A stretch of DNA of 64,000 bases from contig OZ242180.1 of the NCBI GenBank assembly GCA_965205485.1, positions 5,061,461-5,125,460 on the forward strand, read 5' to 3'. Position 1 is the first letter of the stretch. Each line of letters starts with the position of its first letter. The position numbers were made by a program, and so were the translations under genes. The notes under the pieces were generated by a model. That model had not been told where the DNA came from, made no database searches, and saw only the letters and a program-made list of their open reading frames with translations. Below are positions 9,561 to 19,621 of the stretch, in pieces. This stretch comes from Candidatus Latescibacterota bacterium (GTDB lineage Bacteria; Latescibacterota; UBA2968; GCA-2709665).

Positions 9561-10418
9561 ATGGAACTTTCCTGCACGTCGGTCATGCTTCCTCGCTGGG
9601 ACCTGGACCGCACCTTCGACAAGCTGGCCGAACACGGGTACGACGGCATCGAACTGCGCTGTCGTTACAACCCCGACGACGCCACCGAGGAGCCCTCGTT
9701 CTGGGGCCGTCACCTGTCCGACGTCAGCCCCGACAACGTCATTCAGAAGGCCGAAGCGATCCGGGCGGCAGAAAGGCGGACCGGCATAAGGGTGATCGCC
9801 CTGGCCCCGAACGTGACCCTGGAAGAGTCCGAAATCGTGGAGAAGCTGTTCCGGGGCGCCGCCGCGCTGAACCCGGACAACCCGCCCATGATCCGTATCG
9901 GCGCGCCACGGCACGACCGGGCAAAGCCATACTGGCCCCAGTTCCTCGAAGCGCGAGCAGGATTCGCGAATCTCGTCGAGACCGCCCGGGAGTATGACGT
10001 CAAGATCCTCTACGAGATTCATGTGGGGACCGTCGCCGTCACCTGTTCCCGCGCCATCGAACTGCTGCGCGACCTGGACCCGGACCGGATCGGCGCCATC
10101 TACGATATTCCGAACATGCTTCGCGTGGGCCTTGAAGACACGAAGATGGGTATGGAACTGCTCGGTCCCTATCTCGCCCATTGCCACATCGGCAACGGCA
10201 AGCCCGTCGTTACCGGCCGCGACGATACGGGCGCGCAGGTCTGGGAATGGGATTTCGCCGACATCCGGGAAGGGATCGCCGACGTCGGCCAGATCGTCCG
10301 TGACTTCAAGGACGTCGGCTATTCCGGGTACCTTTCGCTGGAAGATTTCGGGCCCGGTGACGACGATACCAAGGTCGGCGAACAGGGCGCGTATCTTCGA
10401 CGGCTGCTCGAAGCCTGA
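9561..10418 (+). CDS. Sugar phosphate isomerase/epimerase (AP endonuclease 2 TIM barrel)
   Basis: GYDGIEL, YEIH, YDIPN, HCH, GYSGYLSLE. Confidence 0.85.
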   Translation: MELSCTSVMLPRWDLDRTFDKLAEHGYDGIELRCRYNPDDATEEPSFWGRHLSDVSPDNVIQKAEAIRAAERRTGIRVIALAPNVTLEESEIVEKLFRGAAALNPDNPPMIRIGAPRHDRAKPYWPQFLEARAGFANLVETAREYDVKILYEIHVGTVAVTCSRAIELLRDLDPDRIGAIYDIPNMLRVGLEDTKMGMELLGPYLAHCHIGNGKPVVTGRDDTGAQVWEWDFADIREGIADVGQIVRDFKDVGYSGYLSLEDFGPGDDDTKVGEQGAYLRRLLEA

Positions 10419-10491
10419 TCGCCCTGAGCGACTTCAGTCGCGTACGATTTGCGATTAATGCCCACAGTCCAGGGCGCGAGGAGCACAGCTT

Positions 10492-11748
10492 GTGACACAG
10501 CATCAGACCGATAGGCGGCCGATCCGGGTCGGCATCATCGGTGTGGGCCGGGGGCAGAGCTTCGCCCGGGGCGCGACCGACACGGTGGGCATGAAACTCG
10601 TGGCGCTCTGCGATACCTGGAAGGAGAAGCTCGAACAGGTCGGCAGGGAATACGGGGTGGCCACGTACACGGACTACGATCGCTTCCTCGAACATGAAAT
10701 GGATGCGGTCATCCTGGCGAACTACAGCCACGAGCACGCGCCGTTCGCTATCAAGGCGCTTCAGTCGGAAAAGCACGTGATGAGCGAAACGGCGGCGTGC
10801 AAGACGCTCGCCGAAGGCATTGCCCTCTGCCGGGCGGTGGAATGCAGCGGCAGGATCTACATGTTCGCCGAAAACTACCCTTTCTCCTCGGCCAACCAGG
10901 AGTTGCGCCGCCTTTATCGCAGCGGCGAGATCGGAAGCGTCACCTACGCGGAAGGGGAATACAATCACGCCGCCGAGGAAGACTGGCGCCTGGGCATCTC
11001 TCCGGGGTTGAATCACTGGCGCAACTGGATTCCTCCCACCTACTATTGCAGCCACGCGCTCGCGCCGCTGATGTGCATCACGGGGACGATGCCGGTTTCC
11101 GTCAACGCGCTCTCGATCGTTGAAGAACCCACCCAATCGCCCCACCGCGTACGCGTGGGGGACCAGGGCGGTCTGATCCTGGTCCGCATGGACAACGGCG
11201 CCGTCTTTCGGATTCTGGGCCTGCAGCTCAGTTCCATTCACAGGGTACGCTACGAAATCCACGGTGAACGGGGTCTCATCGCCACCGCCGAACCCAACCA
11301 CTGGAGCTGCGTCCGTATTCATCACGAAGACTGGCTGCGCGACAGGGGTCAGCCACTGGACCGGACATACACCGCCGACTGGCCCGAACATGGCGATCTC
11401 GCCCGGAAGGCCGGCCACGGAGGCGGAGACTTCTGGACCAATTTCCACTTTGCCCGCGCCATCCGTTCAGGACGCCAACCCTATCTGAACGTGTATCGGG
11501 GCGTCGCCATGGGCGCCGTCGGCGTGCAGGCCTGGCGTTCCTGCCTCGAAGACGGCGCCCCGTTTCCGATTCCCGAATTCCGGCGGAAGACGGCCTGCGG
11601 GCCCTACGTCGAGGACCACTGGTCGCCCTACCCTGAGGACGCCGGCCCCGGCCAGCCGCCCCCCAGCACCCGTGGTTACGTGAAACCCGGCCCTGACGCC
11701 GTCCGATACGCGCGCCAGCGCTGGCGCGCGCTCGGCTACGACGGCTGA
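10492..11748 (+). CDS. Gfo/Idh/MocA family oxidoreductase (GH109-like subgroup)
   Basis: VGIIGVGRG, HVMSETAAC, MFAENY, YAEGEYNH, YCSHA, GHGGGDF. Confidence 0.85.
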   Translation: MTQHQTDRRPIRVGIIGVGRGQSFARGATDTVGMKLVALCDTWKEKLEQVGREYGVATYTDYDRFLEHEMDAVILANYSHEHAPFAIKALQSEKHVMSETAACKTLAEGIALCRAVECSGRIYMFAENYPFSSANQELRRLYRSGEIGSVTYAEGEYNHAAEEDWRLGISPGLNHWRNWIPPTYYCSHALAPLMCITGTMPVSVNALSIVEEPTQSPHRVRVGDQGGLILVRMDNGAVFRILGLQLSSIHRVRYEIHGERGLIATAEPNHWSCVRIHHEDWLRDRGQPLDRTYTADWPEHGDLARKAGHGGGDFWTNFHFARAIRSGRQPYLNVYRGVAMGAVGVQAWRSCLEDGAPFPIPEFRRKTACGPYVEDHWSPYPEDAGPGQPPPSTRGYVKPGPDAVRYARQRWRALGYDG

Positions 11749-11791
11749 GGCGCGGCGACAGACCCGTTTTTGGACAGGCGTGATATCCAAC

Positions 11792-12808
11792 ATGTCCGGA
11801 CCCAGATCAGACGTTGTCATCACGGATTTCATCTCAAATCCCAATCTTGAGAGGGAGATTCTCCGCGGCGTTGCCGACGTCCGGGTCCTGAATGCGACAC
11901 GGGAAGATGAACTCGCTGGCAGGATCGAAGACGCCGACGCCATTATTCCCTACCACTATATCGTCATTTCCGCGCCGACCCTGAACCGCCTCCGGAACTG
12001 TAAAGTCATCGCACGCGGCGGCGTCGGATTCGACAACGTAGACGTGGCCCGCGCGCGCGAACTGGGCATTGCGGTTTGCAACGTGCCGGACTACGGGACC
12101 GAAGACGTGGCCGATTCGGCCGTGGGCATGGCGGTCTCGATGATCCGGGGCGTTGCGTTTCTGAACTCCCGCCTGCGCGCATCCCGGGGACCCTGGTCGC
12201 CCTCCCAGGCGGCGCCCCTTCAACGCATCCGCGGCAGCGTGTTTGCCATCATCGGCCTGGGGCGCATCGGCACGGCCGCCGCCCTGCGCGCAAAGGCGCT
12301 GGGCATGGACGTGTGTTTCTACGATCCGTACAAGCCGGACGGATACGCCAAGGCCCTTGGAATACGCCGCGTGGAGTCCCTCGAGGAAACCCTCGGCCAG
12401 GCCTTCACGCTCAGCGTCCACTGCCCGCTTACGGACGAGACCCGCCACATGATCGACGCCGAGGCCGTCGCGCTCATGCCTGAAGGTTCGTACCTGGTGA
12501 ACACCGCCCGCGGCGCGATCGTGGACACGTCGGCGATCCCGGACGCCGTCGCTTCCGGCCGTCTGGCCGGGGCGGGAATCGACGTTTTCGAATGGGAACA
12601 GCTCAAGGAAGACGATCCCCTCGTCGTCGCCTGGCGGGACCCCGGTCACCCCGCGCACCATCGCGTGCTCTTGACGCCGCATTCCGCCTTCTACTCGGAG
12701 CAGAGCCTGACGGACCTGCGCGCCAGTACCGCCGAAACCTGCAGAAGAGCGCTGCTCGGCCAACCGCTCAGAAACATCGTCAACCTTCCTGCAACCAAAG
12801 GGCCATAG
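11792..12808 (+). CDS. D-2-hydroxyacid dehydrogenase, CtBP-like
   Basis: RGGVGFDNVD, NVPDYGTEDVAD, GLGRIG, HCPL, VNTARG, TPHSAFYS. Confidence 0.92.
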   Translation: MSGPRSDVVITDFISNPNLEREILRGVADVRVLNATREDELAGRIEDADAIIPYHYIVISAPTLNRLRNCKVIARGGVGFDNVDVARARELGIAVCNVPDYGTEDVADSAVGMAVSMIRGVAFLNSRLRASRGPWSPSQAAPLQRIRGSVFAIIGLGRIGTAAALRAKALGMDVCFYDPYKPDGYAKALGIRRVESLEETLGQAFTLSVHCPLTDETRHMIDAEAVALMPEGSYLVNTARGAIVDTSAIPDAVASGRLAGAGIDVFEWEQLKEDDPLVVAWRDPGHPAHHRVLLTPHSAFYSEQSLTDLRASTAETCRRALLGQPLRNIVNLPATKGP

Positions 12809-12870
12809 CCGGTTGATCGTCACGGTTCCATGCGTCGCTCGGCAGTGAGCGCTTCAGGACAGGCGGCACC

Positions 12871-14376
12871 ATGCAATCCGATCATAACATCCTCCTGCTT
12901 TCAGACGGTCCAGGCGGAACCATCGGGGCCGATCTCGACGTCCTCTATCCTGGCAAGGTCAGACGCCTCGACATCAGAAACGAACACTGCGACGCCGGCG
13001 TACTCGGCCGGCATGAATTCGTGATCACCGTCGTGAATGACGGACGCAATCTGCACCACCTGGACTACGGCGCCGTCACCGAATTCGCGAAATCCGGTGG
13101 GCAGGTCATCTCCTGCCTCTTCGAGTACGCTCGAAGCCGGGGCCTGCACTTCAGCAAGACCCACGTGCAGGACCGCATTCGCCCCGAGATGCGAATCGAA
13201 ATCGAGAACGACGTCACCCGGGGCTATTCCGTCGGCGACGCCGTGTGGTGGTACGGAACCGTCACAAGCGCCCCCGATCAGAGCTATGCCAACCAGATGT
13301 TCCAGCGCCAGGTCCTGGGCCAGGAGACCACCGGGAGCGTTTCCGCGCTGGGCATTTCCAACCTGAACAGCGGCGCCGTCATGCTCGAAGAACGCGTCGG
13401 CGACGGACGCATCGTGGCCATGGACCTCGCGTCGCCGGTGCGTCCGTGGTACAATTCCTGGGGCAGCACGAACAAATATCTGTTTCTCGGCAACATCGTC
13501 AACAACGCCGTTCGTTACGGCAAACACTATCCTGAACGACTGTCCTACGACGGATTCGTCGAACTCATGTTCGACGCGGTGGAACGGTATCCGGACCTTT
13601 TTCTGATCGACGAAGGACGTTCCAGCGACGGAAGGCCGATGTATTCCCTGAACGTCGGCGATGAATCCAGGCCCACAATGTACTTCGGCGCCGCCATACA
13701 CGGCTGGGAATGGGAGAACGCGTACGGTCTGCTTCGCCTTGCGGAAGTCCTGTGCGAAACCCCGAACGTGGAGGGGTTGAACACCCGAGATCTGCATTTC
13801 AAGATACTGCCGGTGCAGAACCCGGGCGGATTCGACCGGTTCACCCGCCAGAACTCCCGGGGCGTGGATCTGAACCGCAACTTCGATTGCAACTGGGTCG
13901 GTTTCCACTATACGCAGGACGTGCGGATGCCGTGGGACTACAATTACATGGGCGCGCAAGCCGCATCCGAGCGGGAGACGCGGGTCATCCAGCGCATTAT
14001 TGACGAACACCGTCCGCTCTGCGTCATCGACTTCCATACGGCCGACTACATCATGATGCTTCCGCACAAGGGAGACGGGGAACTGCTCGCGGCCATCCAT
14101 GCTGACATCCGGGACCGCCTGGAGAACCGTTACCTGACGCAGAAGCCGTACGGAGGCGCGTTCCAGCAGGTGAACATGGACCGCATCACCGAATTCCGTC
14201 CCCCGGAGCCGTATTGCATCTCCTACGCGGCCGAACGCGGCACGCCGGCCGCCTTCCTTATCGAAATGTCCGGCAATCGCGACGACGTACACGCACTGGT
14301 CATGAATACGGATACGGTCGTCGAAATCTGCCTTGCAGCCGTCAAGCACTGCCTGCTCAAAGGAGGCCCGAAGTGA
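12871..14376 (+). CDS. M14 zinc carboxypeptidase-domain protein with N-terminal extension
   Basis: IHGWEWE (HxxE), QNPGG, DLNRNF, ASERET, IDFH, AFLIEM. Confidence 0.8.
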   Translation: MQSDHNILLLSDGPGGTIGADLDVLYPGKVRRLDIRNEHCDAGVLGRHEFVITVVNDGRNLHHLDYGAVTEFAKSGGQVISCLFEYARSRGLHFSKTHVQDRIRPEMRIEIENDVTRGYSVGDAVWWYGTVTSAPDQSYANQMFQRQVLGQETTGSVSALGISNLNSGAVMLEERVGDGRIVAMDLASPVRPWYNSWGSTNKYLFLGNIVNNAVRYGKHYPERLSYDGFVELMFDAVERYPDLFLIDEGRSSDGRPMYSLNVGDESRPTMYFGAAIHGWEWENAYGLLRLAEVLCETPNVEGLNTRDLHFKILPVQNPGGFDRFTRQNSRGVDLNRNFDCNWVGFHYTQDVRMPWDYNYMGAQAASERETRVIQRIIDEHRPLCVIDFHTADYIMMLPHKGDGELLAAIHADIRDRLENRYLTQKPYGGAFQQVNMDRITEFRPPEPYCISYAAERGTPAAFLIEMSGNRDDVHALVMNTDTVVEICLAAVKHCLLKGGPK

Positions 14377-15377
14377 AAATCACCGAAATCGACCTCTTCG
14401 AAGTGGAGGTCCCGCCCATACCGGTTATTGCCAGATACCATCCCAAAGTCTATTCGATCACGCTGTGCCGCATCCGCACCGACGGCGGCCTCGAGGGCAT
14501 CGGCGAGTGTCAGGGCGAGCCAGGCCAGTTCGCGGAACGAGCCGACGCGCTTACCGGAAAAGACCCTCTCAATCTGGATCCGTTCGCCCAGCCCGATCCC
14601 TTCGCGTGCGCGCTCCTGGACATCGCCGGCCAGGCCTACGGCATCCCGCTCTGGCGTTTTTTCGGAGAGAAGGTCCGCGACCGCATCCCGGTTTCCTACT
14701 GGTCGTGCGCCATGCAACCCGAGGAGACCGCTGCCGAGGCCGAGGTCGGCGCCGGACTGGGATTCACGAACCATAAGCTCAAGGCGCGGCCCTGGAACAT
14801 CGTGGAAACCGTCCGGCTCATGAAGGAAGCCACGGGGACCGAATACACCGTCGGCGTGGATCCCAACACGGCGTTTCGGCACCCCACCGTCGCCGCCCGC
14901 CTGGCGGAAGAACTGGAACCCATCGGAACCGTCGCGAACTTCGAAGATCCCGTACTCAAGAACAACCTTGATTGGTACCGCCTCCTGCGCCAGAAGACCC
15001 ACATCCCGATCGCGTTGCACCTGGGCCCGCCCGGAGGCGTACTGAACGCGCTGAAGGCCGAATGCATCGACTACGTCAACCTGGGTGGACCGGCGCAGCA
15101 GGTGAAGAAGTCCGCTGCCATCGCGGACGCCGCAGACGTCCCCTGCTGGGTGCAGATGGGCGGCCTGTGCCTGGGCGTCCTCGCCGCGTATTCCGTGCAT
15201 GTCCAGGCGACCATTCCAAACGCGACCCTGCCATGCGACGAACTGCCGTTCACCCGCGTCGCCGACGTCGTGAACGGCGCCCTCGTCGTAACGGACGGGC
15301 ACTTCGTTCTGCCGGAAGGACCGGGACTGGGCGTGAAGCTGGATATGTCCACGGTAGAAAAGTACCGCACAGGTTAA
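14373..15377 (+). CDS. Mandelate racemase/muconate lactonizing enzyme family
   Basis: GTG start overlapping the upstream TGA, AGGAGG RBS. MKITEID, ALLDIAG, HKLK, VDPN, FEDP, GPGLGV. Confidence 0.88.
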   Translation: MKITEIDLFEVEVPPIPVIARYHPKVYSITLCRIRTDGGLEGIGECQGEPGQFAERADALTGKDPLNLDPFAQPDPFACALLDIAGQAYGIPLWRFFGEKVRDRIPVSYWSCAMQPEETAAEAEVGAGLGFTNHKLKARPWNIVETVRLMKEATGTEYTVGVDPNTAFRHPTVAARLAEELEPIGTVANFEDPVLKNNLDWYRLLRQKTHIPIALHLGPPGGVLNALKAECIDYVNLGGPAQQVKKSAAIADAADVPCWVQMGGLCLGVLAAYSVHVQATIPNATLPCDELPFTRVADVVNGALVVTDGHFVLPEGPGLGVKLDMSTVEKYRTG

Positions 15378-15403
15378 TCGACATCCGTTACCGGAGGTAA
15401 GCC

Positions 15404-15742
15404 ATGCTCCAACTCGCACAAACCGTCCTGGCGCTTTACGGTATCATGCTGATCGCGGGCGGGGTCGTGGGCAAACTCAAATCGGACAGTTCGGTCTCGC
15501 TCGCCGCGGGCGGCATCAGCGGCCTGGTCGCGTTGTACGCCTGGTGGACCGTACACACGGACCCGGCAACGGGGCTGCTCATCGGCCTGATGCTCTCCCT
15601 GCTGCTTACCGGGATTTCCCTGAGTCGATTCATCAGGACCCGCAAACTGATGCCCGCGGGCGTGCTGCTCATCGCCAGCATCGTCACCGCCGGCCTCCTG
15701 TCCTATACGCGCAATCTGCTCGGTATCACCGGTTCCGTCTGA
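15404..15742 (+). CDS. TMEM14 family small membrane protein
   Basis: YGIMLIAGGVVG..KSDSSVSLAAG...RFIRTRKLMPAG; four TM segments; GGAGG RBS. Confidence 0.8.
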   Translation: MLQLAQTVLALYGIMLIAGGVVGKLKSDSSVSLAAGGISGLVALYAWWTVHTDPATGLLIGLMLSLLLTGISLSRFIRTRKLMPAGVLLIASIVTAGLLSYTRNLLGITGSV

Positions 15743-15760
15743 ACCACGAGGGATGCATCC

Positions 15761-16963
15761 ATGAAGATCACCGACGTCCAGGTGCGGGAAGTCTCGGTGC
15801 CGCGCATCTATACCACATACGCAGCGGACCCGCAGAACCTGCAGCCCGGGGAGGACCTCAGCCGGTCCCGTTATCAGATTCTCGAGTTCTTCACGGACAC
15901 CAGCCACGTGGGGCTGGGTGAAGTCCCGGACATCGCCGACCGGATGAATCCGCTCCGGGCCGGCGACCTGCGCGATCTCCTGCTGCAAGCGCTGAAAGAC
16001 GGCGACGTCGCCGATCGAAACGTTCTGGGCACACGGATCGCCGATGAACTTCCCAAGGGCATCCATCCGGAACTCAGGGGCCTGACGATGTTCGGCGTGG
16101 AGATCGCCCTGCTCGACCTTGCCGGAAAACAGTACGGCGCCCCCCTTTATGAACTTCTGGGCGGGCGCCGTCAGGATCGCGTCGACGTCTGCTGGGTCGC
16201 CTATATGCGGCGGGGCGTCTCGCTGCAGGAAGAGCTCGACGCGCTTGAGGATGAAATCAGTACGATGGTCTCACGGGGCCTCCGGGCCTTCAAGCTCAAA
16301 GTCGGCGAGGATCATTCGCGCGATCTGGACCGCATCGCGCGCTTTCGCCATGTAGCGGGTCCGGACGCCTACTTCAAAGCCGACGCCAGCGGCGCGTGGG
16401 AGGAGGACGAAGCCGTTGGCAAAATCCGGGACATGGCCGCTGCCGGCATCGACGCCTGCGAGACGCCGGTGGTCGCGGTGAACCGGGCCGTGGCCAACGA
16501 CAATCCCGAGCGGATCAATGAAAACGCCGACGCGGCGGCCCGCTCTCTTGCCCGCGTCCGGAAACAGACCTCCGTTCAGATCATCGAACACGTGGCGGAT
16601 CTTGACGACGGTTTTACAACGGCTCTCGTGCGCCACCGGGCAGTGGACGTCATTAACGTCATCCCCTCCCAGGCAGGCGGCATTCTGCGCAGTCAACGTC
16701 TGATTCATATCGCACAGGCGGCCGGCGTCCCCGTGCTGCTGGGCAGTACCGTCGAGATGGGTCCCGGCACCGCCGCGTTCGTCCACCTGGCCGTTGCGTC
16801 CAGTAACGTAACGGTACCGTCGGACCTGGTCGGGCCGGCGCTCCTGGTGGACGACGTCTGCAAGACACCGTTCAGGTACCGCGACGGCTCGCTCGAACCC
16901 TTCGAAAAACCGGGCCTGGGCGTCGAGCTGGACGAAGAAAAGATGAAGAAATGGGCGGTCTGA
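15761..16963 (+). CDS. Enolase superfamily (MR/MLE-like) enzyme
   Basis: MKITDV, IALLDLAGK, LYELLGG, FKLK, ADAS, ETP, IIEHV, PGLGVELD. Confidence 0.88.
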   Translation: MKITDVQVREVSVPRIYTTYAADPQNLQPGEDLSRSRYQILEFFTDTSHVGLGEVPDIADRMNPLRAGDLRDLLLQALKDGDVADRNVLGTRIADELPKGIHPELRGLTMFGVEIALLDLAGKQYGAPLYELLGGRRQDRVDVCWVAYMRRGVSLQEELDALEDEISTMVSRGLRAFKLKVGEDHSRDLDRIARFRHVAGPDAYFKADASGAWEEDEAVGKIRDMAAAGIDACETPVVAVNRAVANDNPERINENADAAARSLARVRKQTSVQIIEHVADLDDGFTTALVRHRAVDVINVIPSQAGGILRSQRLIHIAQAAGVPVLLGSTVEMGPGTAAFVHLAVASSNVTVPSDLVGPALLVDDVCKTPFRYRDGSLEPFEKPGLGVELDEEKMKKWAV

Positions 16964-16968
16964 CGGCT

Positions 16969-17025
16969 AGTCTGTTGACAAAGTCACTCTGAAGGCGAGG
17001 CCGGACGGTTTGTTTCAACGGGCTG
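16969..17025. mobile_element. Internally deleted copy of MITE family B
   Basis: AGTCTGTTGACAAAGTCACTCTGAAGGCGAGGCCG matches the left end of the 37703 and 58572 copies; TTTCAACGGGCTG matches the right end. Confidence 0.7.
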
Positions 17026-17048
17026 TCCGGCGACATTCACCTCGACGT

Positions 17049-17429
17049 TCAATCCCGGGCGCACGGGCCCAGCGACGCCGCCTCACAGTACTTCCTCAAT
17101 TTGCGCATCGCACCGCCCACCTGCCGTCCCCCTCGCGTAATGCCGAACAGGTGCTGGCTGACCACGCGGCGGGAGATCCCCATAATCTCCGCGATCTCCC
17201 GCTGGGTTTTCCCGTGGCGGAAATACAGCAGCGCCGCTTCCCTCTGTCTGTCCGTAAGGCAATGCGGGAACGCTTCGATAATCCGGATGGCCACCGCGGC
17301 AACCCGGTCTTCCCGCACATATCGCAGCTGCCGGTCTTCACGCGACTCAAACCAGATTCCATTCTCGTTCGGTATCTTCTCAAGGTCCCGCTGATTCAGC
17401 CGGATTTCCCAGAAATCAGAATTGTACAT
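17049..17429 (-). CDS. Small sigma-70 region 4-like HTH protein
   Basis: LTDRQREAALLYFRHGKTQREIAEIMGISRRVVSQHL. ATG at 17429 with GGAGGTGA upstream. Confidence 0.75.
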   Translation of the reverse strand: MYNSDFWEIRLNQRDLEKIPNENGIWFESREDRQLRYVREDRVAAVAIRIIEAFPHCLTDRQREAALLYFRHGKTQREIAEIMGISRRVVSQHLFGITRGGRQVGGAMRKLRKYCEAASLGPCARD

Positions 17430-17475
17430 AAAACCGATCGTCACCTCCGAATAACGACAACCCGCACAGGCGGGC

Positions 17476-17510
17476 ACAAAAATACCGCGGGGCGAATCCC
17501 TGCCCGCGGC
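17476..17510 (-). terminator. Intrinsic terminator-like hairpin in the leader of the HTH gene
   Basis: Minus strand CCGCGGG-11 nt-CCCGCGG followed by TATTTTTGT. Confidence 0.5.
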
Positions 17511-17554
17511 TTCGGAGGGACGATCGAGTTGCAACACGTACGGCTGCGAATCCG

Positions 17555-17608
17555 TCAGAAACCCTCTGGAGGCGGACAGGTTGCGTGGAAAATTCCGTTC
17601 AGCGTCAT
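17555..17608 (-). CDS. Putative 17-aa leader peptide MTLNGIFHATCPPPEGF
   Basis: ATG with GGGAGG 6 nt upstream; lies directly before a terminator-like hairpin. Confidence 0.35.
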   Translation of the reverse strand: MTLNGIFHATCPPPEGF

Positions 17609-17739
17609 GTTTCGCCTCCCTTCCCAATTTCGTTCAGGTCAGTTGCTCGATGCGTGACCATTCCGCGCTCAGTCGACCCAAGCCGATGTGCGCGCAACAG
17701 TCCTCCACAATATACACAATAGCGGATGCACTTTCGAGA

Positions 17740-19074
17740 CTAATCGTCATCCGGCGCGCGTGCCGTCTGTGACTTTCGCTGTCTCAATGACTCCCACCAG
17801 TCCATCAGTTCCCGGATTCTCTGCTCGTAACCCCGGTCGGAGGGACGATAATAGATCCGACCCTCCAGATTCTCCGGCAAATGGCTCTGCGACACAACCC
17901 CGTCCGGGTCGTCGTGTGCGTACTGATAACCCCGACCGTATCCCAGTTCCTGCATCAGGCCCGTCGGCGCATTTCTGAGGTGCATCGGTACAGGCAGATT
18001 CGGCTGCTCCCTGACGTCCTTTTGCGCCGCACCATAAGCCGCGTAGACCGAATTGCTCTTGGGCGCCGTGGCCAGGTACACGGCCGCGTGCGCAAGCGCC
18101 AGGTCGCCCTCGGGACTGCCCAGAAAATCGTACGCTTCCTTTGCGGCCAGCGCAATCGAAAGCGCCCGCGGATCCGCGTTCCCGATATCCTCCGACGCGA
18201 ACCGGACCATGCGGCGAAGGATGTATTGCGGGTGTTCGCCCGATTCCAGCATGCGCGCCAGCCAATACAGCGATGCATGCGGATCGCTGTCCCTCAAGGT
18301 CTTGTGAAGCGCCGAGATCAGGTTATAGTGTTCCTCGCCGCTCTTGTCGTAGAGTAACGCTTTGCCGCCCATCGCCGCCTTGACGGCCTCAGCGGTCACC
18401 CTCGCGCCGTTCTCCAATGACGCCGATACCGTTTCCAGCACATTGAGCGCGCGCCGGGCGTCTCCCTCGGCCGCGCTCGCAATCACCTCCAGGGCATCGC
18501 CGTCGGCACGAAGACCTGGCAGTCCGCGCCCCTCTCCCGCGAGCGCGGCATTCAGGATTTCGCATATCGACGGCACGTCCAGCAGATTCAACACGAACAC
18601 CTGGGTCCGCGACAGCAACGCCGCGTTCACCTCGAACGAGGGATTCTCCGTCGTGGCCCCGATCAGACTGATGGTGCCGTCTTCGACGTGTGGCAGAAAC
18701 GCATCCTGTTGTGCACGATTGAACCGGTGAATCTCGTCGATGAACAGGGTGGTCCGCCGCCCGTTCCGGCGGTCCCCTCTTGCGCGCGCGACAATTTCCC
18801 TCACCTCCTTTACTCCGGAGGTGACCGCGCTGAATGCCACGAACCGGCTCTTCGTGGATTCGGCCACGAGACGCGCCAGCGTGGTCTTGCCCGAGCCCGG
18901 CGGTCCCCAGAAGATCATCGACGGCGCCCGGTCGCTCTCGATCAGCTTGCGAAACGGCGCATCCGGCGCGGTAAGGTGATCCTGCCCCCGCACTTCATCC
19001 AGGCTGCGCGGTCTCATCCGATCCGCAAGCGGCGCCTCCGGCTCCAGAGCGGCGAACAGGTCATCCCCGCCCAT
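17740..19074 (-). CDS. rarA: Replication-associated recombination protein A (MgsA/RarA AAA+ ATPase)
   Basis: PLADRMRP, GPPGSGKTT, DEIHRFN, ATTENPSF, ASEDIGNADP, APKSNS. Confidence 0.97.
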   Translation of the reverse strand: MGGDDLFAALEPEAPLADRMRPRSLDEVRGQDHLTAPDAPFRKLIESDRAPSMIFWGPPGSGKTTLARLVAESTKSRFVAFSAVTSGVKEVREIVARARGDRRNGRRTTLFIDEIHRFNRAQQDAFLPHVEDGTISLIGATTENPSFEVNAALLSRTQVFVLNLLDVPSICEILNAALAGEGRGLPGLRADGDALEVIASAAEGDARRALNVLETVSASLENGARVTAEAVKAAMGGKALLYDKSGEEHYNLISALHKTLRDSDPHASLYWLARMLESGEHPQYILRRMVRFASEDIGNADPRALSIALAAKEAYDFLGSPEGDLALAHAAVYLATAPKSNSVYAAYGAAQKDVREQPNLPVPMHLRNAPTGLMQELGYGRGYQYAHDDPDGVVSQSHLPENLEGRIYYRPSDRGYEQRIRELMDWWESLRQRKSQTARAPDDD

Positions 19075-19345
19075 ACCCTCTCCTCGACCGTTTCGACAGT
19101 GATTTCAGTCTTCGCACCAGGGCCTTCTCGTTTACGCGGTATGCGAACGCTTCTTCACCGTTTACGTGCACAACCGGGACCCGGTCATTGTATCGCGCAA
19201 CCCATTCGGCGTCACTGTCGATATCGACGATTTCAAGCCGGAACGGGACCCGCCGTCCGGCGGACTCGATGCGCCCTTTCGCGACATCGCAAAGATGGCA
19301 GTCGTTCCTGGAGAACAATCTGACGACGGGGAGGGGTTCGGACAT
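19061..19345 (-). CDS. Glutaredoxin-like protein (DUF836)
   Basis: FSRNDCHLCDVA, VDID, RVPVV. Stop overlaps the rarA start. Confidence 0.85.
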   Translation of the reverse strand: MSEPLPVVRLFSRNDCHLCDVAKGRIESAGRRVPFRLEIVDIDSDAEWVARYNDRVPVVHVNGEEAFAYRVNEKALVRRLKSLSKRSRRGYGRG

Positions 19346-19621
19346 CGGTCTGACCGGCGGCCTGCAGGGCGGCGGGAATGGCGAATTGGACGGCGCGATC
19401 CGCCGAAAAGTTAACCCCAAAGCCACAACGCGTCAAGCGGAAAGGGCGCGTGAATCCCTGCCCGGATTTCTCTTGTCCCGCGTGTAATAACCCATATCTT
19501 GAATTCGCCCGAAGTCCTTTCGCGCCGCCAGGAAATGTCTCTCCGGAACAAATCCTCACCCGCGCGCAGCCACACGACGAAAAGACTTTAACCGCCACTG
19601 TCAAACGAATCCTGAAGAGAA

